Of a stretch of DNA of 10,521 bases, positions 1 through 8,167 are shown one piece after another (the stretch's first letter is position 1; every line of letters starts with the position of its first letter). The notes under the pieces were generated by a model, which saw only the letters and a program-made list of their open reading frames with translations, was not told where the DNA came from and searched no databases. This stretch comes from Pseudobdellovibrionaceae bacterium. Lineage in GTDB: Bacteria; Bdellovibrionota; Bdellovibrionia; Bdellovibrionales; Bdellovibrionaceae. The stretch is from contig JBGGMM010000057.1 in assembly GCA_041288045.1 (NCBI GenBank), forward strand, positions 1-10,521, given 5' to 3'. The position numbers were made by a program, and so were the translations under genes.

Positions 1-1326
<1,326 letters not shown>

Positions 1327-2325
1327 TTAGGACTCTTGCTTCTTCCAGGGCGGGACTGCGCCGTACCAAGCTGCTTTCGGGGGAAGAGTGTCGCTGGTAG
1401 AGGAATCCACAAAGAAACGAATCAGCTTGAGGGCCGCCTGTTCGCTGGCTTTAGCGAAGGCCTCCTGGGTGTTGGCCCCACAATGTGGACTGACAACCAC
1501 ATTCGAATGCTGAAGCAGCTTCGAAGTCCTGGGCAGGGGTTCTTTCTCAAACACATCCAAGCCCACGGCTCCTAGCCACTTCTGCTCCAGGGCCTCACAC
1601 AGATCCAGCTCATGAATCACCGAACCCCTGGAAGTGTTCACCAAAATCAAACCGCGGTGAATGTATTCAAAATGAGAACGGTTGAGCATGGCCTTGGTTT
1701 CCCCGGTGGCCGGCACGTGGTAGCTCAGAACATCGGATCTCTTTAAGATTTCTTCATAAGCCACGCGCTCAGCATCCACTTGGCGGAAAGAGGATTCATC
1801 GGCGTAGGGGTCATAAGCAATCACCGACATGCCAAAAGCATTGGCCATATCCGCAACCCTTTTGCCAATCCGGCCCAAACCCACAATCCCATAAGTTTTA
1901 TGATGAAGCTCAAGCCCCACCAGCGCATCGCGGTTCCATTCGCCAGCTTTCAAGGCCTTGTGCGCTTGCGGAATTTTATTCGCACAAGCCAAAACCAGAG
2001 CCCAGGTCATTTGCGCTGCACTTTCCACATTGGCTTCCGGAGTGAACATCACAGTCACTCCCCATTTATTGGCCGCATCTAGATCAATGTGATCAAATCC
2101 ACTGGTGGCCGTGATAATCACCTGCAGTTTTTTGGCCTTGGAAAGCAGCTCATCATCAATGATCGTGCGGCTGCGAATGATCAAGCCATTCACTTGCGAA
2201 AGATCAGTCTTAAAAAGATTCGGGCTTTCCGTCTTTTGCACCGATAAAAAGGGCTGCTGCGACAATGTGAGAAGCGCCTCTTGCGAAAAGCGATCGGTGA
2301 TCAGAACTTTTTTCTGATCGGTCAT
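1327..2325 (-). CDS. serA: D-isomer-specific 2-hydroxyacid dehydrogenase, D-3-phosphoglycerate dehydrogenase-like, 332 aa, no ACT domain
   Basis: GIVGLGRIG Rossmann motif with AYDPY, and catalytic NTSRG / LDVFEKEP / SPHCGA. Start set at ATG 2325, which overlaps the upstream stop (ATGA 2325-2322). Family is secure; the serA symbol is tentative. Confidence 0.8.
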   Translation of the reverse strand: MTDQKKVLITDRFSQEALLTLSQQPFLSVQKTESPNLFKTDLSQVNGLIIRSRTIIDDELLSKAKKLQVIITATSGFDHIDLDAANKWGVTVMFTPEANVESAAQMTWALVLACANKIPQAHKALKAGEWNRDALVGLELHHKTYGIVGLGRIGKRVADMANAFGMSVIAYDPYADESSFRQVDAERVAYEEILKRSDVLSYHVPATGETKAMLNRSHFEYIHRGLILVNTSRGSVIHELDLCEALEQKWLGAVGLDVFEKEPLPRTSKLLQHSNVVVSPHCGANTQEAFAKASEQAALKLIRFFVDSSTSDTLPPKAAWYGAVPPWKKQES

Positions 2326-3476
2326 GAAAGTCCCCAATAAGTTTTCATTTCAGCTTCGAGCTTTGTCATTTCTTGTGGTGGACAGAGCTGCGGGTTGGTC
2401 TGATGAAGAATTGTCGAGAGCTTCATCATCAAATCCACCATCTGCGCCGGCTGAATGTATCCCATATGACCGACGCGAAGAATCTTGCCTTTGGCCTGAT
2501 CCTGCCCACCCATGAGGGTGATTTTGTATTTCTCTTCAAGAGTTTGACGAATTTTCTGACTGTCCAAACCTTCAGGCACCGACAGAGCCGTGAGCGAATT
2601 CGAAGGAACTTCAGCAAATAATTTAAGTCCCATTTTCTTCCCAAATTCGCGAGTGAATTGGGCGCGCTTTTCAATCTCGGCAAAAAGTGCCGTGAGCCCT
2701 TTTTCCTCAATCAAATCTAAAACCACATCCAAGGCACGAATCAAAGTCACATTCGAACTAAAAAAAGTTTCGCCTTTGTCATTGGCTTTTTTTTCGCGTC
2801 TGACATCAAAGTAGTAGCGGGGAGTGGGATTTTTTTCGATTTTCGTCCAAGCTTTTTTTGAAAATGAAAAAAGTGAAAGCCCTGTGGGAAGCATAAATGC
2901 TTTTTGCGATCCACCCACAAGCCCATCCATTTTCCAAGCATCCATTGGCAGAGGCATGGCTCCAAGAGCTGTAATTCCATCCACCAAAAAAAGAGTCTGT
3001 GGATATTTTGAAATCAATTCACCAAGTGCTTGAATCGGATGCACGACCCCTGAGCTGGTTTCACAGGCCTGACAAAGCACAATTTTTGTATCAGGATTAT
3101 TTTTTAAGTGAGTCTCTACTTCGGGAACGCTGACCGCTTTTCCCCAGGGAACTTTCAAGCGATCGAGTTTTCCGCCAAAAACCTCCACCATTTCACACCA
3201 GCGCTCACCGAATTTTCCCGAATCAATGCCCAAAACCCGGTCGCCTTTTTCCAGAGTGTTGACCAGCAGCGCTTCCATGCCGCCAGAACCGGTGGAAGTT
3301 GAAAGAAAAACCGACTCTTCCGTTTGAAAAACAGTTTTCAAGCGGCTTAAAACGCGGGATAAAATCCTGTCAAATTCTGGAGTGCGGTGGTGAATCATTG
3401 GAAGCGCCAAGGCTTCTTGCACTCGAGGGTGGAGATTCACTGGACCTGGAGCTAAAACATTGTATTCTAAACCCAT
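2322..3476 (-). CDS. Class V PLP-dependent aminotransferase (alanine-glyoxylate/serine-pyruvate family; possible phosphoserine aminotransferase)
   Basis: LAPGPV, MIHHR, STGSGGMEA, ETSSGV, LVDGIT, GGSQKAFMLPTG (PLP lysine), LMGGQ...LRVGHMG; 384 aa. Confidence 0.92.
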   Translation of the reverse strand: MGLEYNVLAPGPVNLHPRVQEALALPMIHHRTPEFDRILSRVLSRLKTVFQTEESVFLSTSTGSGGMEALLVNTLEKGDRVLGIDSGKFGERWCEMVEVFGGKLDRLKVPWGKAVSVPEVETHLKNNPDTKIVLCQACETSSGVVHPIQALGELISKYPQTLFLVDGITALGAMPLPMDAWKMDGLVGGSQKAFMLPTGLSLFSFSKKAWTKIEKNPTPRYYFDVRREKKANDKGETFFSSNVTLIRALDVVLDLIEEKGLTALFAEIEKRAQFTREFGKKMGLKLFAEVPSNSLTALSVPEGLDSQKIRQTLEEKYKITLMGGQDQAKGKILRVGHMGYIQPAQMVDLMMKLSTILHQTNPQLCPPQEMTKLEAEMKTYWGLS

Positions 3477-4065
3477 GGCGAAATCTTACCTGAAAGTCCT
3501 TTTGAAGGGCAGCTTTCTGATTTTTTTATTGGCAGTTTTCAGTGGCTGCGCTTACAGACTGGGCAGTCCAGATCGCAGTTTGCCCGGCGGCTACCGACAA
3601 ATTTTTATTCCCATCTTTAAAAACAAATCCATGGAGCCTGGGATCGAAGTTCCGTTCACCAACGCTTTGATTCAAGAATATGAGCGAGCCAAAATTGCAC
3701 GCATCACCGATTCGAATCAGGCCGAAGTCGTTGCGGAAGGCGTCATTAATTCTGTACGCATTAGTAAAACGGGTGCGGATGTCACTGGGGAATCCAACAC
3801 CAGTTTGCCAACGGGGACTGTTCAAGCAACGGCCTATCAAATTCTCATCACTGTGGAGCTCACGCTGAAACGCAATTCAGATAAATCAATTTTGTGGGCA
3901 GGAACTTTCAATGGAGAGCGAACATTTAATGCAGCTCAAATCGCAGCAGTGGGAGTCAATACCGCGAATCCACTTTACAATCATTCGGCCAAAAGGATAA
4001 ACATGGAGCAAATGGCCGCTGAAATGATGTCAGAAGCTCATGACCGATCAACTGAAAATTTTTGA
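3475..4065 (+). CDS. lptE: LptE-family LPS assembly lipoprotein
   Basis: Lipoprotein signal ending LAVFSG|C, then AYRLG...IFIPIFKNKSMEPGIE...FTNALIQE and a C-terminal helix; located immediately before holA. Start uncertain (ATG 3475 or TTG 3502). Confidence 0.82.
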   Translation: MAKSYLKVLLKGSFLIFLLAVFSGCAYRLGSPDRSLPGGYRQIFIPIFKNKSMEPGIEVPFTNALIQEYERAKIARITDSNQAEVVAEGVINSVRISKTGADVTGESNTSLPTGTVQATAYQILITVELTLKRNSDKSILWAGTFNGERTFNAAQIAAVGVNTANPLYNHSAKRINMEQMAAEMMSEAHDRSTENF

Positions 4066-4102
4066 TTGCGTGTTTGCAGGAAAATAAAGGGCGAAAAGGA
4101 CG

Positions 4103-5164
4103 ATGCCGCAACTGGATTCTCAACAGTTTTACAATCACGTTGAAAAAAGCCTCGAATCCCAAGTGTTTCCCCCTTTGTATTTTTTCTTTGGCGAAGAACC
4201 ATACCTGATTCAACAAGCGGTGAATTATCTCAAAGTCTGCGCATTGCATGGCGGAGCTGCTGATTTTAATTTCAATTCTTACTACGCCAGCGATGTGGAA
4301 ATTTCTCAAGTCCGCGACGAAGTCGAAACCCTGCCAATGATGGCGCCCCGGCGGGTGGTTCTACTGCGGGAAGTGCATGATCTCACAGATAAAGAGTGGA
4401 TTGAGCTAGAGCCGATTCTGGAAACCCCTGTGGACAGCACTGTTTTTATTCTGGTGGGTGGAAAAATCGACAAGCGAAAAAAATTCTACAAGCACTTGTA
4501 TGAACAGGCCATTCACGTTGAATTCAAAAAGCCTTTTGAAAATCAAATTCCAGGTTGGATTCGCCATATCTGCAAAGGCCATGAGCTCAGCATTTCCGAT
4601 GAAGCCATTCAGCTTTTACATCGCTTGGTGGGCAATCAATTAACTGAAATCGAATCTGAAGTGGTCAAGCTTCGGGATTTTCTCGGTGAGCGAACCCACG
4701 TCGAGCTGGAAGATGTCGCTCAATGCGTCTCAAAAAAACGAGAAGAGAATGTTTTCGACCTGACAGAGAGAATTGCCGAAGGCGACCGGGTCCAATCCCT
4801 GGTGCAACTCGTGCAATTGCTCGATCAGGGACAAAACGAGATCGGCATCATCTCTTTGGTGGCTCGGCATATGCGAATTTTGCTTTTGATCAAGCAAGGC
4901 CAAGAGCAGAATCTGGCCGGTCAAAGGCTTGCGACTTTTGCCCAGGTGCCCACTTATTATTTAGACGACTATGTGAAGCAGGCCAAACGTTGGTCGGTGA
5001 AAAAACTGGAACACTGCCTTTTGATTCTGGCAGAAACGGACAGGGCTTTGAAATCCTCTCCGCTTTCTTCACATATCTGGCTCGAGAATATGATTCTGAA
5101 AACCTGCAGCTTACAGGGTCTGACCACAAAAGCGGCTGAGACCTTGAACCAGACCAAATTCTAG
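4103..5164 (+). CDS. holA: DNA polymerase III delta subunit
   Basis: PLYFFFGEEPYL, TLPMMAPRRVV, KIDKRKK, EAIQLL..LVGNQL..IESEVVKL, EENVFDL, ETDRALKSS; 353 aa; downstream of lptE. Confidence 0.95.
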   Translation: MPQLDSQQFYNHVEKSLESQVFPPLYFFFGEEPYLIQQAVNYLKVCALHGGAADFNFNSYYASDVEISQVRDEVETLPMMAPRRVVLLREVHDLTDKEWIELEPILETPVDSTVFILVGGKIDKRKKFYKHLYEQAIHVEFKKPFENQIPGWIRHICKGHELSISDEAIQLLHRLVGNQLTEIESEVVKLRDFLGERTHVELEDVAQCVSKKREENVFDLTERIAEGDRVQSLVQLVQLLDQGQNEIGIISLVARHMRILLLIKQGQEQNLAGQRLATFAQVPTYYLDDYVKQAKRWSVKKLEHCLLILAETDRALKSSPLSSHIWLENMILKTCSLQGLTTKAAETLNQTKF

Positions 5165-5192
5165 TCAATCTTCTCCGTAGAAATTCCGATTC
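5165..5192 (+). promoter_or_regulatory. Possible sigma28 (FliA)-type promoter of the PilZ gene
   Basis: TCAA (5165-5168), 16 nt, TCCGATTC (5185-5192), compared with consensus TAAA-N15-GCCGATAA. Confidence 0.4.
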
Positions 5193-5199
5193 TTTTCTG

Positions 5200-5550
5200 A
5201 TGGCAAAGGCTAAAACCGAGCTTCAAGAAAAGAGAAAGTTTCCAAGGCGTCGATTCGTGCGCTTTATCGGCCTTCTCTTTAATGGGACTTACTATATGGG
5301 TCTCGGCGAAGAAATCGGCGAGGGCGGAATCGCTTTGCGATTATCCGATGAATTCCCAGTGGGCCGCGAAGGGGTGGTTCATTTTCAGATCCCCGATGGC
5401 AGCTTTGTCAGCGTGCGCTTGGAATTTCTCAATGCCCGACAAGAAGAATCGGGAGAGTATTTGATAGGTTGCTCCTTTAAAAATCTGAAATTTGAGCACA
5501 AGCGGGAAATCCGCACTTACGTATCTGCTCGAACGGAAACTGAGCACTGA
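5200..5550 (+). CDS. Stand-alone PilZ domain protein
   Basis: RxxxR motif RKFPR; EIGEGG at the D/NxSxxG position; C-terminal IGCSF..L....KREIRTYV; 116 aa. Confidence 0.85.
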   Translation: MAKAKTELQEKRKFPRRRFVRFIGLLFNGTYYMGLGEEIGEGGIALRLSDEFPVGREGVVHFQIPDGSFVSVRLEFLNARQEESGEYLIGCSFKNLKFEHKREIRTYVSARTETEH

Positions 5551-5598
5551 TTTTTTCTCTCAATTCTCATCGAGTTTTCATTTCACAGATCAAGATCT

Positions 5599-5613
5599 TT
5601 TCAAAATTTGAAA
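5599..5613. promoter_or_regulatory. Perfect 7-1-7 inverted repeat, candidate operator
   Basis: TTTCAAA-A-TTTGAAA in the intergenic region upstream of the 5681 ORF. Confidence 0.5.
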
Positions 5614-5617
5614 TCTG

Positions 5618-5646
5618 TTGAGCTCTCGGAGATGGCGGACTACAAG
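5618..5646 (+). promoter_or_regulatory. Possible sigma70 promoter for the 5681-6357 unit
   Basis: TTGAGC (5618-5623), 17 nt, TACAAG (5641-5646). Confidence 0.35.
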
Positions 5647-5680
5647 CGGCCATCATCCAATCAACGAGAAGGAGAATTCG

Positions 5681-5965
5681 ATGAAAACAATCTTGATGAC
5701 AACTGTGCTTTTCGCAACCACTTCAGCTTTTGCTCACGGCAACCTGGCAGCACAGGCCCATGACGCTCTGACAGTGGCCCTGAAGCTAGTTCAAACCCAA
5801 GAGCCAAAAGAAACTTTGAGAAACTTCAAATCCGTTTCTGCTGAGAAAATCGCTCATGAAACTTTCGCAGTCGTTGTTTCTTACACCAATCAGACATCTG
5901 TGAATTATGTCTGCCAAGAAGACGAATCTGTTGAGCCTGTTGTTTGGGCTTGCACGAAAAAATAA
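5681..5965 (+). CDS. Small secreted hypothetical protein (94 aa)
   Basis: AAGGAG SD before ATG 5681; Sec signal MKTILMTTVLFATTSAFA|HG; two Cys near the C-terminus; stop overlaps the next start (TAATG). Confidence 0.85.
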   Translation: MKTILMTTVLFATTSAFAHGNLAAQAHDALTVALKLVQTQEPKETLRNFKSVSAEKIAHETFAVVVSYTNQTSVNYVCQEDESVEPVVWACTKK

Positions 5966-6357
5966 TGTCCCGATTTTTTTCTTTGCTTCTCCTTGTGGCG
6001 ATGTCGGCCTGCGCTTTTGCGCCTGAGCCTTTCTACGAGCGGGATGAAGTGCCGAAGAAAAAGAAAACCGAAGAGCTTTCAGTTGAAGAACTGAGAGCTC
6101 TTCAAGGTTTTAGCGAAATCAAAGCAGAAATTATCAATCCCCATTGCCTGAAGTGCCACAATCCCAGCAAGGCCGAAGCGGATGTGGATTTAAGCTCCCT
6201 ACAAAGCACTTTGCGAAATCCCGAAGTCGTCAGATTCGGCGATCCTGACAACAGTTCTTTTTATGTGACGATTTTAGAAGGCTCAATGCCTGATAAGGCG
6301 GACCCTCTCAGTGATGAGCTCACTGAAAAAGTCCGACTTTGGATTTTAAATAATTAA
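5965..6357 (+). CDS. Monoheme c-type cytochrome lipoprotein (planctomycete cytochrome c domain-like), 130 aa
   Basis: ATG 5965; lipobox-like LLVAMSA|C; CLKCH at 6145-6159; then DLSS...VRFGDPDNS...GSMP (likely axial Met)...PLS....KVRLWI. Confidence 0.85.
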   Translation: MSRFFSLLLLVAMSACAFAPEPFYERDEVPKKKKTEELSVEELRALQGFSEIKAEIINPHCLKCHNPSKAEADVDLSSLQSTLRNPEVVRFGDPDNSSFYVTILEGSMPDKADPLSDELTEKVRLWILNN

Positions 6358-7748
6358 TGAACAGATAAAAGATCAGCCCAGACCTGAGGTTCGGTGTAAA
6401 AACCCTCATGGCCCGAATCCGGAAACTGACGATAAGTGATGCGTGAGCCCAGCTCTTTCACTTCTTCAGTGAAAGTCTCAATCGGCACGAAGACATCTTT
6501 TTCTCCCGAGTAGAGGAAAAAGGGCAGAGCTGGATTTTTCTCTAAAGAATTTTTCAAATCCACAGGTGTCATTCCATACTGAAAGCTGACATCTTTTAAA
6601 AGTTCCGCCCAAGTGTCATTTTTCATTCCAGCCAAGAGACGGCATTCATTGAGAAGCCATTTTTCAGGTTCAAGCCCTTCCTGAGTCAGTTTTTCCTGAA
6701 CTCGTCGGCAAGAATCAGAATCCGAATCCCCACCAGAAATTTCAACCATGGAAATCACCGATCCCGCCAGGCCGTTGTTGTTGTAAACTCCGAACACATA
6801 GTAGCGGACAAAATCCTGCAGTGCTTGCATGTCCAATGTGTCGTTGCCGTTCAAGAGATTGCCAATGGCCGAGTGCATACGAGGCCAGCTATTTGAAAAT
6901 CCCAGAAAAATCGTCAACGCATCCAAAAGTTTCGGTCCGCAAACTTCGGTTCCCTTATCTTGAAAGCACAGATCCTCTTTGACCAACGAGCGAAGCTTCG
7001 TCAGCTTCGCTTCATCTTCGGGATAGTCTTTCATGTACATTTTCAGAACTCGTTTTTGCGATTGAATGCGCAGTTTGAGCCATTCGGTCTGATCCTGCAT
7101 CAGAGAAAAACCGTGAGCGTAAGCTCCTTTGATGGACTGAGGAGCGACCATGGCATAGCGGTGCACAATCAAGCCGCCATAGCTTTGACCGAAAACTTTC
7201 CACTGGCTTTGCTCACCCAAGAGTTTCTTGCGAACGACTTCAGAATCTTTGACGATTTCTGTAGAGCCATAGTGAGCCAGTCTTTCCACTGTTTCTTTTG
7301 TGGCTGCTGTTGGAAATTGATCCGAGCAGCCTGTTCCCCTTTGATCGATATAGAGAAAAGAAAAATTTTGGCTTTCGCTTTTTTCACTTAAAACGGAATA
7401 GCTGGAGTGACTGTCAGAAGCAGGACCGCCATTGTAAAAAACCACGGGATCTTTGCCAGCTTCTAATTTGCCATAATAAAAAACCTGGATTTTTCGACCT
7501 TGAGGATTGTTGTAATCCTCGGGAACTTCGATAAAGCCTTTGGAAAAATCCGCTGGCAAGGGCAGGTCTTCGCAGGAATCGTTCAAATTGAGGGCTTCAT
7601 CCAGCGGCATGCCGGTTTGAAGGCTCACATGCACAGCTTTGATTTCTTTTTCTGTCAGAGGCTCGATTTGAATTTTATTTTCGCTTTGTTTGGGCGTGCA
7701 GGCCAAAAGCAAGGCAGTCAGAGACATCAACCCAAGAGTGGTTTTCAT
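6354..7748 (-). CDS. Alpha/beta-fold serine hydrolase lipoprotein, peptidase S33 (prolyl/tripeptidyl aminopeptidase)-like
   Basis: Lipobox LLLA|C; EVPEDY..P.G..I; NGGPAS; DQRGTGCS; GQSYGG nucleophile elbow; GEKD; SGHEG; 464 aa; GGAAGG SD. Confidence 0.88.
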   Translation of the reverse strand: MKTTLGLMSLTALLLACTPKQSENKIQIEPLTEKEIKAVHVSLQTGMPLDEALNLNDSCEDLPLPADFSKGFIEVPEDYNNPQGRKIQVFYYGKLEAGKDPVVFYNGGPASDSHSSYSVLSEKSESQNFSFLYIDQRGTGCSDQFPTAATKETVERLAHYGSTEIVKDSEVVRKKLLGEQSQWKVFGQSYGGLIVHRYAMVAPQSIKGAYAHGFSLMQDQTEWLKLRIQSQKRVLKMYMKDYPEDEAKLTKLRSLVKEDLCFQDKGTEVCGPKLLDALTIFLGFSNSWPRMHSAIGNLLNGNDTLDMQALQDFVRYYVFGVYNNNGLAGSVISMVEISGGDSDSDSCRRVQEKLTQEGLEPEKWLLNECRLLAGMKNDTWAELLKDVSFQYGMTPVDLKNSLEKNPALPFFLYSGEKDVFVPIETFTEEVKELGSRITYRQFPDSGHEGFYTEPQVWADLLSVH

Positions 7749-7774
7749 GGTTTTTCCCTTCCAGTTTGTCTATT

Positions 7775-7811
7775 AAAAAATAAAAAAGAGAAGGGGTTGC
7801 CTTCTCTTTTT
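7775..7811 (-). terminator. Rho-independent terminator of rpsT
   Basis: Perfect 12-bp inverted repeat AAAAAGAGAAGG (7783-7794) / CCTTCTCTTTTT (7800-7811), 5-nt loop, long U tract on the minus strand. Confidence 0.85.
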
Positions 7812-7835
7812 AGAAATCGGAATCAAATGGACCGA

Positions 7836-8102
7836 TTATTTTCCCAAAGCAACATGCACTCGTTTTGAAAGACGAGAGATGTGACGAGAAACGGTTTCTT
7901 TTCTCAAAGCACCTTTGCTGGCTGCTGCCATTGCTTTTTTCACGTAAGCTTGAAGCAATGTTGGAAGATCCTTGGATTTAGCTTCGATTGCTTTCACCAA
8001 GTTCTTTTCATAGGTTTTCACGGTTGCTTTGTTTTTAGAGTTGCGGGCTCTGCGCTTAGGGGCCTGACGAGCTCTTTTCTCTGCCGACTTATGATTTGCC
8101 AA
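7836..8102 (-). CDS. rpsT: 30S ribosomal protein S20
   Basis: MANHKSAEKRARQ..KRRARN...AASKGALRKETVSRHISRL; TTG start with GGAGG 7 nt upstream. Confidence 0.98.
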   Translation of the reverse strand: MANHKSAEKRARQAPKRRARNSKNKATVKTYEKNLVKAIEAKSKDLPTLLQAYVKKAMAAASKGALRKETVSRHISRLSKRVHVALGK

Positions 8103-8138
8103 GGGATAACCTCCACGAGTAGTCTTTTAAGAAAGAAG

Positions 8139-8167
8139 GTGATAGCACGGGGCCCCCATCAATGCAA
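8139..8167 (-). promoter_or_regulatory. Putative sigma70 promoter for rpsT
   Basis: Minus strand TTGCAT (8167-8162), 17 nt, TATCAC (8144-8139), with an extended -10 TGn. Confidence 0.55.

Noticed and set aside
2326..2337. Longer dehydrogenase start (MGTF)
   Set aside because: ATG 2325 gives the ATGA coupling and a normal N-terminus.
4723..5139. 138-aa alternative-frame ORF inside holA
   Set aside because: Off-frame composition, fully nested, no support.
5560..5583. Fur-box-like AATTCTCAT...TTTTCATTT
   Set aside because: Only half-sites match and there is no dyad symmetry.
5618..5680. TTG-start extension of the secreted protein (and TTG 5944 for the cytochrome)
   Set aside because: ATG 5681 has a strong SD and begins the signal peptide; ATG 5965 gives the TAATG overlap.
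7814..7841. Minus-strand TCCGATTT as a sigma28 -10 for the hydrolase
   Set aside because: No good -35, and it lies upstream of the terminator.
6960..7868. Plus-strand ORFs of 143, 78 and 122 aa
   Set aside because: Antisense to the hydrolase; one crosses the rpsT terminator.
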